The notes below the pieces were generated by a model. The model had not been told where the DNA came from. It searched no databases and worked only from the letters and a program-made list of their open reading frames with translations. Of a stretch of 64,000 nucleotides of DNA, positions 1 to 11,840 are shown piece after piece. The stretch lies in the NCBI GenBank assembly GCA_010093995.1, contig ML992504.1, positions 1,663,394 to 1,727,393 on the forward strand, read 5' to 3'. The stretch comes from Elsinoe ampelina (lineage: Eukaryota). The number at the start of each line of letters is the position of its first letter. Position 1 is the stretch's first letter. The translations under genes and the position numbers were made by a program.

Positions 1-126
1 AGAGACTTGGGGAAGAAGCTGGCGGAGGGTTTCGAGGGAGGCACCGGCGCTGGAATGTGTCAGTATGCGAGTAATGAGGAAGACATCTGGTGACTAACTT
101 TTGCGACTGGTGCCGTTCGGTGCCAT
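1..126 (-). CDS. 5' end of an unidentified gene running off the window (MAPNGTSRKTPVPPSKPSASFFPKS...)
   Basis: ATG at 126, then a 49-nt intron 98-50 (GTTAGT...CTGAC...CAG), then an open frame to the window edge. Confidence 0.55.
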
Positions 127-712
127 GTTGTCCTATCTAACCAATAGGATCACACCCGTGTAATTGCACCAGAAAGAAGATCAAGAACGCAACACGATGC
201 CTTCAAGCGAATGAGAATCGAGTCGCGGCCTAGATTTCCGAGCACATGTCAACATGAGATGAGGTTGATGGCCGGGGAAGGCCGAGGTTCAGCCGATACC
301 ACAATCTCACGTGCGTCCAATTCGATTCTGCTCACTTGTCTATTTCTTGAACGAACTACATATTGAAATTTTGCTTTCCTGGTCGACAGTCGTCGTATGC
401 GTGGGCAGCATCTTACGCCCCACGTGCCCGGCTGTGGTGGGCATTCTCTGGAGCCTATCAGAAGATGCTACACGGAATGGAGTCGTTTTGCTTAAGCCAA
501 CGAGTTCAGTGTTTGGAGCACGATGATCTCGGTATTCTTTCAAACAGACGGGCGGATTTCATGGGAGAGTTTCTGCGTGATGACATTGACGTGGCCGAAT
601 GATGTGGCAGTATCAAAGGTTGGTGCTACCGTGTAACCACAACATTCGTTTTATTGGTTTGTAGCCGCCAGACACTGTGCAACCTCTCTTCTCACAGCAT
701 CATTTAACAAGC

Positions 713-2309
713 ATGGCGACTCAAAGACTTCTTCATCATCCGCGTGTCGTAGCACTGAGAAGGACCAAGATGTCGAGTCCAATACCCTACTCGGAAGAGC
801 CGTCAGATCTCGAGCTCGTTTCGCCGTCTGGTAGTACTTCTTCACCAGCTGGTAGTAATTCTCCTCCTGAAGATGACGAGATTCGAATGGACTCAGCCTC
901 TTCTGTCTTTTCGTCCGACGAGGTACCGCAGATCCAACTCGAGCCTGACAACAACGATGACAATGGGCCGATTTCACAGACGGCCAGGATGGTATCAAGA
1001 GCCGTCGGCGCATTGCATGTGGGCCTGAGCCGAAAGATGGACCGGAAATTTAGGAAGATGGATAGAAAATGGGACAAGAAGTTCGACGGTGTCGAGATTG
1101 AAGTCAGAGATGTCAAGCTTGAGCTCAAAGACGTCAAGGTCGATGTCAGCAACCTGAAGGTTGAGATGGCCAATATCCGAGCTCACCGCCACAATGCTGG
1201 TATAGAGATGCCGTTCGAGAGGATTCATGATATCAGTCGTGCTATTCTCGATACGGCCGGTACCGCTGGGCGAGCGAGCCTGCCAGAATCAGTCATGCCG
1301 AGGAGGCTTGACACCTGGTGGCATGCACTACGTTAGTCCTTGGTATGGTGTATCGCTCCTCAAGCTGACGTTAATAGGTCATTCCGAGGACAGGGTCGAA
1401 AGGCTTGCTGAAATCCTCATGTTCTTCGACAGTGACTGGTACGCCCAGTATGGCATCGATGGTATCCATCAGGATGAGCTGGGTGCCATGAAGCAGGTCG
1501 CACGAATGTTCGGCCTTAATTGGCAAGTCATCAGGAAGAACATGGAAGAGAGGGATAAACAGCTCGAGCAAGACGCCATCAAGGCGCAAGAGGCTCGAGA
1601 ATTTGCAGCCAGACGCCCTCAACTTGAGGCCGAAGTGAGAGCTTTGACCGAGAGATTCATCCAGAACAGGAAACGGAGGAACTCGGAATCGGATTCCATC
1701 ATCGATGGACCTCGCAAGTATCAGCGCCTGGCTGGTACACCTGTCGTCCGACTCGGCAGACATCCGATCGGCCTTTTCGCTGGCATGCGCCAACTACCGC
1801 CTCGAGACTTCTGCGACACAGCAGCATTCTTGTGCGACACAGGTCCTCCCACTGGCTCTGGTAGGCTGAGCTGGAGAGCGCCGCGATCCGACGATACTCC
1901 CCCGCCACAACTCAAGTTCGATCCTGCAAAGCAATTGCCCAGCTTACATAGTGCTGCGAGTTACCAGTCAACAAAGTCAGGGCCCGAAGCACCACGAGAT
2001 CACGCCGCAACAGACACTGTAAGGGGGAGCTACAACAGCCTGGACCCTGCTTCTGCTGAGGGACCTACCAGAGAACACTCGATCCGGAACAAGAGTGACG
2101 CGGCAGGGTCAAACTACACGACGGACAATAGCGTATCTATCTCCCTGAGGTCGAAGGAGAGTGGCCGTCAAGCTCCGCACCACAGAGGCTCGATGACATC
2201 GGACTCCGCATCCAAGCGGAGTAGACACTCTCACGGTTCCAGCTCGACGATTCGAGCGTCGACCGGTGAACGAGACCGGGCATTGGCGCTTGCTCGAGGC
2301 CGGAGGTAG
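713..2309 (+). CDS. Hypothetical protein with a heptad coiled-coil, a small helical domain and a disordered C-terminus (2 exons)
   Basis: ORFs 677-1336 and 1227-2309 join in frame through intron 1332-1377 (GTTAGT...GCTGAC...TAG). Start is ATG 713 or 770. Confidence 0.7.
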
Positions 2310-2569
2310 ACGCGGACTGATTCTTCGATAATGGCAAAGCAGCAGTACCTGACAGCTGCTGGTTATGCCTGAAGCTTGTCGGTATGGAGCAATATGAGTG
2401 AGCTCTTGCGATGGGGCAAAGCGGGATGGACTACTTACAAAGAGCCATACCCAGCTTCTCAGTTTCACTTCTCTTGCATGCCATGAGGTATTGGTAACAA
2501 CATTAACATTACTACATACTCTTCCATGGTATCAATCTGTCATCAAATCATATCCTCCTCAGCGCCACT

Positions 2570-2663
2570 CCCTCCCGACTCTACCTAACCAACTCTACCT
2601 TCCCAACTCTACCACCCCAACTCTACCTTCCCGACTCTACCTCCCCAACTCTGCCTCACCAAC
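2570..2663. repeat. Degenerate 13-bp tandem repeat (about 7 copies, consensus ACTCTACCTTCCCA-like)
   Basis: Repeated (c/g/a)actctacc units between two convergent genes, abutting the stop at 2656. Confidence 0.8.
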
Positions 2664-2928
2664 TCTTCTTCCCCTGCCCCGCATTCTCCACCCCGCGCTT
2701 CACACTGTTCGTCCCATCCTGCACCCCATTCCCCAACGAATTCAAAGCATCCCCCACCGGCTTGCCTGTGTTCCCCGTCGTGTTGGTGATGGTGTCCCCC
2801 AGTCCACGGCCGGCTGCGCCGACCACGCCGCCGGCGGTGCCGACTACGCCTCCCACTAGGTTGCCGACGGTGGAGGTGGCGGCGGTGGCGGCGCCCGTGA
2901 CCGAGTTTTTGGCGTCGTTGCCTGTCAT
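2656..2928 (-). CDS. Small Gly/Thr/Val-rich protein, 90 aa (LEA/stress-protein-like composition)
   Basis: AAAATG start at 2928; repetitive GGVVG/VGNLVG amphipathic pattern; single exon. Confidence 0.7.
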   Translation of the reverse strand: MTGNDAKNSVTGAATAATSTVGNLVGGVVGTAGGVVGAAGRGLGDTITNTTGNTGKPVGDALNSLGNGVQDGTNSVKRGVENAGQGKKSW

Positions 2929-3668
2929 TTTTCCTTGACTAAGATAGGTGGGTGGATGGTAGGTAGGTGAAGTTGTGGGTTTGCTGGGGGAGATTAGTGG
3001 GGTGGCTCGATGGTTGGGTTGCAGCAGAGGGGACACTGCGATGTAGAGCACTTACTATATCGTCAAATGTAATTTTGGTTTGACAGGAGGAATGTTGTTG
3101 TCTCAGTCCCAAACACAGACAGGCAAACTGAATATATACCCACCCAACACCCCGGCACCTGACGTTACGTCGCAGGGCTGCTGGACTGTCGATCAGTCGT
3201 GGATGGAGGGGCGAATTCCTACAGAAACCCTGCCCGATGACGTCGGGGCTTGCTTGACGACAGCGGCACCGTCACGCCAGGTCGTGATTGGTGCGAGAGT
3301 TGCAAATGTGTTGGTGGAGGCCTACTTGGCTTCGTTCATGGCACACGTGGTCTGGCTGAAACCTTGATTCTGGAAGCGCGGTGAGCATGGGAGATTTTGT
3401 CATGGGGAGTAGAGGTGGTGTTGTCGCTGACGTCCGGGGGTGGCAGATAAAGGTGTGATCGTGGTGAAGTGTATCGTGATGTACTACCTCACGTACTCTT
3501 GAGATGTGGATTACAAGTTTACAACACCTTCGTAAAGGTTAAGAAAGATAATGAGCGGTACACATTCAGCTTCAACAAAAACATTACATGTCATGATCGT
3601 TATCTCCCGTTCTGCCCAACGCCCAAAATCAAGCGCTATCAAAGCACCCTCCTCCCATCGCGCGAACA

Positions 3669-6377
3669 TCAAGAAAGCAGCATCATAATACAGAGACCCA
3701 CAGCTGCCACTACCTTGGCCTCAGCCACTCCGTCCTTGGGGCTGAGCCGCCCTCCTGCTCCTGTTTGTTGCAATGGCTTGGCTGTGCCAGACGCTTGGCC
3801 GCCCACTGCGTCGACCGTGGCGAGGAGGTCGGTGGTACCGCTTGCTTTGACTCGATTGACAAGGACGTCTTTGCTGACTGCTAGCTTGGCTACAGGAGCG
3901 ACGGTGACGAACTGCAGTATCGTTGTGGTAGACTTGTCGGTGGTGGTCATGGGGGTGACAGTCTGAGTGATGAGGATAGTCTCAGTCCTTGTGATAGAGG
4001 TTGTACGTGTGCTGTTTGCCGGGTCTGAGTGAGGATTGTAAAGGGTGTTGTCTGGGTTGAGAGCAAGGTTGACGACCGTGGTGTAATACTCGGTCGAGTA
4101 GGAGGTGGACCTCTCTTCTGAAACAGGGACAGTGACAGTCGCCTGCACTGTGAGGGTAGAAGTGAGCAGGACTGTACGAGTCTGCGATTTGGGATGATCC
4201 GAACATGAGACCACAGCTGGATCGCAAGTTGTGATAGTCTCTGTGACCACAGTCGAGATCGGGCTCGCAAAGGCAAGATCGATGGTTGTAGTGATCGGGA
4301 TCGTGGTAGTGATCGTCTGAAGTGCTCCATCCACGGTGATGGTAGACGTCACAGTGCTGGTCAGGGTGAGTGTCTGGAAATTCTGTCCGGCAGAAGGTGT
4401 AGCAGCGACTGTTGGAGCAGGAGTTGTAGCAGGACTCTCTGCTGGTGTCAAAGCAGGTGCCACAATATCAGATGTGGAAGTAGGAATCAAGACGTTAGTC
4501 TGTGTGTTGACAGCTTCGACACTGCTGCTCCGTGCGGTGGTCGCATTGCTGAAGGACGAGGTTGATTGAGCAAGAACTTGAGTGTCAGCAGCAGCGGTAG
4601 AGCTAGGCTCAACTGACGTGGAGCTATTGAGTCCAAGTGATGATGCTGTCAACGTTGGGAAGGAAGAGGAGGTAGTGAGGGTTTCGGAAGTGGTGGAGGA
4701 CTGGGTTGTCGGTGCGAACCCGATTTGGTCTGCAGCGCTGGTTGAGCTGGCCGGCAGCTCTGCAACAGCAAGTGACGCGGATGTTGTAGATGACTCTGAA
4801 GTGCTGGAGGTCGCAAACTCATCTGATGTGGTGGTAAGAGCAGGAGTACTGGATGGTGCATCAGAGCTTGTAATGGCCGAAGTGGTGCTCGACTGTGCTT
4901 GATCCACTGGGGTAAGCTCCTCAGCATCCTGGCGCTTCACCTTGAGCTTGGATGGCTGGACCGCAGCAGCAGCATCACAATCGGCGAATCGAGCATCACA
5001 GCCAGCCGGACTAGAGCAGACACTGTATGTCGAGGAGCAATGCCCGTCGATGCTATCTCGTCTCAGTTTCGAACCAATTATGATGTCCAGGAATACTCAC
5101 CTGCAGCAGGGTCCAAAGGTAGATCCAGAACAGGTCGTTCCAAAGTTTGGTCCACAGCGGCCGTCTGTAGAAACCGGGTTTGGTGGACAAGTACCGCACT
5201 TGACCTTTGGACTCGGGCAATCATCAGTGGTCGTGTTAATATAAGTCTTTGTCTCGGCGGCAGCGAGAAGCTTCTTGATCCAGGTCGGGTAATTCTTGCC
5301 GCAGACAACATTGCTCATGGCGTAAGTGGCTTCCCATAGCATGATTCCGCCGAACTTGGAATCGGAGTAATACTTGCGAATGAGGAGATCTGCCTCGAGA
5401 GGTGGTAGGTAGTAATCAAGAGACTTGGAGGCCATGGATGAGCCAGGAATGCCGATGTAGATCTTTGCCTTTTTATTGAAGAAGGGGACCTGCGACCATT
5501 TGGTATAGCTGATATCGATAGAACTTGCACCCTCGATATAGTTGACACCAGCTCGTGCGGAGCAGAGAGGAGTGTTGTAGAACTGAATGAAGAGCCAGTC
5601 AAACCAGGCGGTTTGGACAGCCTTTGCGAAATGGTCATCGGGAACGAGGCATTGAGGAGATCCAGAGATGTAATACTGCTTCGTCTTGTCGGTTGGGTAA
5701 AGCTTCTGCTTGAGTGTTTGGATCATCTTGACATATCCTCGGACCTTGTAGTTGTTGACTGGCTTGCCCTTGAACGTTGGAGCCTTGCTAATCTCGCTCT
5801 CGATATCAAAGTCGAATCCATCGACAACTGCAGTGCCGAAAGGACGAGGACCCTTGTCTGCCGTCCACTTGTCGGTGATAGGACCGAATGCACCCCAGAG
5901 GAAGTTTGCGAAGCTGACTGCACCTTGGTCACTGCCGATGAAGTAATTTGTCGGGTAGTCTCCTCCAAGAGAGAGGAGGACCTTCTTGCCGTATGTCGTC
6001 TGGCAAGCGGTAATATCGGGTCCAATATCCGGGCATGAAGAGAGTAGCTGAGTCTGGATATTATTCTTTGTCTTGTAGGTCGCTGCACCGCAGGCATTCC
6101 CGAAATCAGTTCCTGGCCATCCACCCTTGCCTTGATCGGGGAAGACATTAACGAAGCCGACAATGACTACATCGACGTTTGGGTTCTTGCAAGTCTCGAC
6201 GAGTCGCGCCTGGTATGGTCCATGACCCTGTTGCTTTCAGTCATATTCGTGTAATACAGGTCGTCAACCTACCCAATAGACGGCTACATTATTCTTCGCC
6301 TGGGCCTTGAATGCTGCCTCGGCGAAAGTAATTAGGATAGTAAAGACGGCGGTGAGCGCCACTGCGTATCGCGACAT
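3669..6377 (-). CDS. GH18 class III (subgroup B) chitinase: signal peptide, catalytic domain, 8-Cys CBM18/hevein module, long Ser/Thr stalk and hydrophobic GPI-like tail (3 exons)
   Basis: NVAVYW-G, KKVLLSLGG, catalytic DGFDFDIE (~5799-5822), SGSPQC, FDWLFIQFYN, GGIMLWE; introns ~6270-6228 and 5100-5053. Confidence 0.92.
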
Positions 6378-7559
6378 GTTGGATTTCAAATGAAAGGACG
6401 GCAAGATTGCCAAAGTGAATGGACGCGATGGTCTCGCTCAGAATTGAAGAGTAACAGTAACAGCGCAAAACGGTCACAAGACGTGGAGGCAGATAAGAGA
6501 GCTTAAGAGACAATGAGAAGATCCTTACCCCTCCTACGCGTCCGTGAGGATAAACAGGTCTTTCTGACATAGCGTGACAAGCATCGAAGCTAGACTGAGG
6601 CCCGTTGGAGGACAGATGAGCTTCCGACAACAGTGCGGGACAGACCGCGAGTGAAGGTGTACGTTTCAAAAGTCATTTTGATATGCCGGGGAGCAGATCG
6701 CAGGCAAATTGGAGCTTCCCCTAGAGAGACTGGACTGGGCGTTGCAACGGTCACGTCCAGATGTCGGCGCGAGCCTGTTCCGTGAACTGGTCGGTGACGG
6801 TGAGCTTAATCGATAAAGAGATGGCTGGCGGGTAAATCAACTGGTATATAATGATGGATGGATGGATGTAGTCGATGCCAATAGCTTGGATGGTTCAGGT
6901 GAGATGTGTCGGTAATGTCAAACCAGGTCAAGTGGAGCTCTGTGGATATCATGGCGGATGATCTGGCGTGTTTTGAATCCCTTATGCAATGCCGTTGTCG
7001 TATTCGCGACCCCTGGAAGCAAGACGTAGCGCAGTGACTGCTGTGGAAGGGTGCAGGAGAGTCGGGAGTGCTTCTGGTGCCATGCACGTCGGGGCTTGGG
7101 TATCGTGCGTGGACGCCGTTTGCGCTCCTGAAACTGTCGATAGGTGGTGGGATCCCTTTTTCAATGGCGAGGGTCGGATGTGAACTAGCAGTGTCTGTGA
7201 CGGCACGGCAATTGATTCTGACTAGTTGGTGATTTTGATGGATCTGATGATGAGTATTCGATCTTCTTGCTCTCGACTCTCTGGTTGCGTGCTGACTACT
7301 ACTTCGCAACCAGCATCAGACTCTGCGATCTCACAAGACTAGCCCAACAATCTGGAATGATTCCAAGTCCATTTAGTCATTTTTAAGTCGTAAAACAAAA
7401 AGGAAAAGGTTAGCAGTGTGCCTTGTGAAGGAGAATATCCACGTCGCCTCGGAGGTGTGTCGGAGCTCTGTTGGCCTGTGCAGAGGCGTCATCGATGCTC
7501 GATAATTTTTGATCTCGAGCTCCAGCAACACCTCCCACAACACCACCAACCTTTCCATC

Positions 7560-8492
7560 ATGGCGACTCCACGCACCCTCCGACCTGCAGCTCTCAAGCA
7601 ATTCTCCCAAACCTGCACACAATGCCGCCCCTCACCCCTCCGACACCGAACCCTCACCAACCTCCCGCGCCCCTCCCCAACCCTCCTCCCCCGTCCCTCC
7701 CCGCGCCTCTTCACCACCACCTCCCCCAAGCACTACAAATCCGTCGAAGAAGCCAAATCCCGGTACAAACTCGGGCCCTTCAGCTGGCAAGCAGGCCTCC
7801 TCTTCCTCCTCGCCGGCGCCGGCCTGACCGTCTACTTCCGCTACGAAAAAGACCGCATGGCGCGCGCCCGCATCGCCGAGCAGAACAAAGGCGTAGGCAA
7901 GCCCCTCGTGGGCGGCCCCTTTACGCTGACGGACACGTACGGCCGGACTTTCACGCAGGACGATCTCAAGGGGAAGTACAGCTTGATCTACTTTGGTTTC
8001 ACGAATTGTCCGGACATTTGCCCTGAAGAGCTGGATAAGATGGCGTTGGTGATTGACAAGGTCAAGGAGAAGCATGGGGAGGCTTTGAGGCCGGTGTTTA
8101 TTTCTTGTGATCCGGCGAGGGATACACCCGAAGTGATTGAGCGGTATCTGCAGGACTTTCATAAGGATATTGTGGGACTGACGGGGCCGTATGAGGAGGT
8201 GAAGCAGACTTGTAAGAATTACAGGGTGTATTTTAGTACGCCCGAGGTGATCAAGCCGGGTCAGGATTACTTGGTGGATCATTCGATATATTTCTTCTTG
8301 ATGGGTAAGCCGGGATTCATGGAGGATCGAGGAATTTACTGACAGTGGGCAGATCCGGATGTTGATTTCGTGGAGGCGATAGGGAGGAACTTCACAGTGG
8401 ATGGCGCGGCGAGGGTTATAACCGATCACATCAATGACTGGAAGGGAAAGTTGGATAAGACGTCGCCAGTCAAGGCGCCACCAGCTGCATGA
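7560..8492 (+). CDS. SCO1: Mitochondrial copper chaperone SCO1/SenC (2 exons)
   Basis: Basic presequence, one TM helix, YFGFTNCPDICPEEL (CxxxC), DYLVDHSI; intron 8305-8352. Confidence 0.96.
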
Positions 8493-8707
8493 CCAGGAAG
8501 CATAACAGATGATGAGCATATTGTATCATAGCTGTACAAAAGAATATACCCCATCTCCTGCCCAGAGCAGCTGGTCATCACCGACAGTACCGGGGTTGTC
8601 CTGGAAAGGTTGCTACATGATCAGAAGAATCCATTTCGCTGCGCTAATGAGTTTTGTGAGGTCTTAGAAGAAGTTCTAGGTGCAAACACAACAGGCCAGG
8701 GCAGCAC

Positions 8708-10258
8708 CTAGCCGTCGTTGGATGGGGCTGAAGTCTCCGCAGATGGCGCGACCTCTTCGCCAGGCTGGGGCTGCACATCCGCTGCTGCAGGTAGCGGTGC
8801 TTGCTCAATAGGCTGTCCTGCGAGGGGCAGGTCAGGGGAGCTGCTTGCCGTTCGAGCCGGGGGAGGTTCAAGGACGGGCGCGGTTGATGCTTCTATGGGT
8901 GCTAGTACTGGTGCAGGTGCATCGAGCATGGTCGTGTCAGATGGCAGTATGGGTTCAAGGGGCTGCGCCGGAGGTGGGACCGGTTCGGGTACAGCAGGTG
9001 TGTCCTGCGCAGCTTCGACCACTGCTTCCGGCGCAGGTACGACTGCTGCTTCGGCCACACTTTCCTGAAGCGGCGGGTCGACAGGCTCCGTCAAAGCTTG
9101 TGTGCTTGTGTTTGCTTGAGCCGAAAGGCTGGCATCGATTGGATGTGCCGTAGGGTTTTCTGTGCTGACCTTCGGTACTGGCGGCTCGACTGGAGCAGCT
9201 GATAGGGATTCGGTGGCTGTCGTAGAGGCTGGTTGGGAGGCCGGTACAGTCGTTGGTGTGTCTTGACCAGATCCTTGCACAACAGGAGTCTCGTCGCCAG
9301 ATACTTCGCCATCCTCACGATCTTCACCGTCATCGTCGCCGTCTTCTCCCTCGTCGCCGTCATCGCCATCCTCGTCATCTCCCTCCGCATGCGTGCCCTC
9401 GTGCTCTGATCCAGTAGGCGCTGACGCGGGCGTATCGGTTCCATTCGCCGTTGTTGGTGGAGCCGCTCCAGTTGCAGGTGCTGCGGCTTCGCCATTTGCG
9501 GGAGCCGGCTGAAACATGACCTTCTTCTTGCCGCGCCCTGGACCACCCTTTCGCTTTGGTGGAGGAGGCTTCCGTCTCTTGTTGGGCGTTGGCTGTAAGA
9601 GGTCATTCGCCACCACCTGACCTTCTGCATTTGCGACACCAATGCCCTCTACCACTGTGCCAGGTGCAAGCGTTGGAGCATCGACCATCGACACATCCTC
9701 ATCCTTGACCTCTCCTTCGACCACCTGACCTTCAGCAACAATCACTTCGTAGACTGTAGCGTTGCCGGCCGCATCAAGCTTTCGTACCTTGGCCGTACGA
9801 GTCGCCACTTGCGGGACTACCACCGGTGCTTCCACATAAGTGCTGGTCAGGCCTTTCCGTCGCTTTGCCAAATACTCGCGATCAGGTGTCTCTGCATGTC
9901 GCGGCGTTTGCGACCACTTCTTTGCGGCCCAGCCGACCTGGACAGGCCGTTCTTTGGGTTCCTCGTCGTCATCGACCTTTTCCTGTTCAGCCGGCTCAGA
10001 CTTTCGTTTCGCGAATCGTGGCTTCCGTGCTTCCCGCAATATCCGTTGCGTGAATTCTGATAACAAATTCGAGTCCTTTGGCATGGGTAATTCGGGATAG
10101 ACACAGTTGTTATCCTGCGGTGCTGCTTCTGGTGGCGGCAAGCCAAAGATGCCTTCGGTCTGTCGCCATTGCCTGACTGGTAGACCTTCAAAAGGATCGT
10201 TCTCTGTAGTGATACGTCCGGATCGATTGCTTCTGCCGGACGGTCGAAATGGTGCCAT
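8708..10258 (-). CDS. Conserved-looking fungal hypothetical protein with a basic NLS-like patch and an acidic/Pro-rich tail
   Basis: Long single ORF; ENDPFEGLPVRQWR, ELPMPKDS, REYLAKRRKGL, KRKGGPGRGKKKV; ATG 10258 is the likely start. Confidence 0.8.
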   Translation of the reverse strand: MAPFRPSGRSNRSGRITTENDPFEGLPVRQWRQTEGIFGLPPPEAAPQDNNCVYPELPMPKDSNLLSEFTQRILREARKPRFAKRKSEPAEQEKVDDDEEPKERPVQVGWAAKKWSQTPRHAETPDREYLAKRRKGLTSTYVEAPVVVPQVATRTAKVRKLDAAGNATVYEVIVAEGQVVEGEVKDEDVSMVDAPTLAPGTVVEGIGVANAEGQVVANDLLQPTPNKRRKPPPPKRKGGPGRGKKKVMFQPAPANGEAAAPATGAAPPTTANGTDTPASAPTGSEHEGTHAEGDDEDGDDGDEGEDGDDDGEDREDGEVSGDETPVVQGSGQDTPTTVPASQPASTTATESLSAAPVEPPVPKVSTENPTAHPIDASLSAQANTSTQALTEPVDPPLQESVAEAAVVPAPEAVVEAAQDTPAVPEPVPPPAQPLEPILPSDTTMLDAPAPVLAPIEASTAPVLEPPPARTASSSPDLPLAGQPIEQAPLPAAADVQPQPGEEVAPSAETSAPSNDG

Positions 10259-10560
10259 TGCTGATGGATGATTGAAACGCGGAGCTGAAAGCGCGAACTG
10301 GAACGCGAGGTTCATTGCGCCGGTTGAACCTCGGCTAATCGTGCAAGAATATGAGAACGGCTGCAATGCAGGACCCGTCACTGCTTGTATTGCACGATAA
10401 CGGTTGATAAGGACATAATTGTGGTGTTGAGATGCTTTACTATGTTACATGCTGTACATGACCATCTTTGCCCTTTCAACGAGCTGGTGGCAGCCACAGG
10501 CAGTGCTCTGCTTGGTATCTACAGACAACGCCCTCCCAATGTCAAAACATGATCGCTGCA

Positions 10561-11244
10561 TTAGTCGTACCTGCATCCATTGTCAGACGTGATCTAAACG
10601 ATCTTGGTAACCATGTACTGACCCTTGCTCCCTCGTCCGTACGATTCCACCCTCGTCTCCCTTCTGCTTTCCACTCTTTCCGCCTTCCACTACTAATCGA
10701 TCAAGCTGGAAGAATTGACTGACGACTGTTTGACGCTATGCACATGTCAGCCATGCTCTAGTATTTGCCCCACGATTCTCCATCCCCATGCCGCACCATC
10801 TTCGAGCCAGAGCAGCCTCTGACACGTGCAGCGTCTTCAAAGTATCGGTCCCCTGCCATATCTGTCCCCGCGATATACCGTAACTCAAAAATCCCTAGAC
10901 CCGCTGTCCAGGCTGTTCCTCTGCTCTTGTCCCATCACTCCCTCCAGATCGTAAAACTTACCTTTAGCATCTGTAGCTCCCGGATCCCATTCTGCATGAG
11001 TTCCTGTATCCGCCGCTCATCCGAAATTGTCGCATACTGCCGGAAAGCATCTCTCGTTCGTCTCTTAGCATATTCTCTGAAGTTGTAGTTTGCAAACTGT
11101 CGTCCTGTCCGTAGTAACGACCGATACTGTTACTAATCAGCCCATGTCATCCAGCTTATGTGTACGAGGGGGATCTTTGCGGAAACAAGATGTCGAGGGC
11201 GTTCTTACCAGCGATCGGACTTCATATGCTGATGCCGAAGACAT
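10561..11244 (-). CDS. ISD11: LYR-motif protein Isd11/LYRM4, Fe-S cluster biogenesis (4 exons; not in the ORF track)
   Basis: Spliced translation [41 protein letters not shown]...[24 protein letters not shown]...QG|YD*; canonical introns. Confidence 0.93.
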
Positions 11245-11840
11245 TGTGAGGGTGTATAATTGTCGCAGATGGACCCTTGGGAAGTTGTCTTCGCACTGAT
11301 GTAGTTGTCGTCTGAAGAGGGAAAGCGTCGGGGAGTACCGAATGAAGCTAGAGAGACCGTCTGGTAGTCTGGCGAAAGCTTCGTAAAGAACTAGAATCGT
11401 GTATGCGGATTGAGAAGAGTAGATGGGACAGCGATTGTGACATGAAATTTCCCTGCCATGAAGTCATCGCGAAATGTACGGTGCTCAGAAAGCCCAACTG
11501 TGCAGCCTTCTTGTCTTGTGCGAAATCGAGAGGTCCAAAATCTGCCTTTCTCCTTCTCCCACACGTGGAATCACGGTCTCAAGAGCTGTCCTACCATGCC
11601 CTATATTCAATCGGACCTCGAGACGTATTTCAAGCGTTGTTGTGGGATAGATTTGCTAATGTGTCTCACGTGTAGCGTGGGGAGCAAATCTCCTTGCCTT
11701 TGTTTGTCATGATGAGGATTGCGTCGACGGATGCGGAATGAGTACAATATTGACAACCAAAGAACGGCTAAACTAAGTATCTCCATCATCAGTTGACTGT
11801 CCAGCACCTCAACTGCCACACTATTTTCATACCTGCCAGG

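Noticed and set aside
7632..8519. Long antisense or alternative-frame ORFs (also 7418-8026, 27516-28301, 45459-46283)
   Set aside because: Shadows of GC3-rich real genes; no independent motifs.
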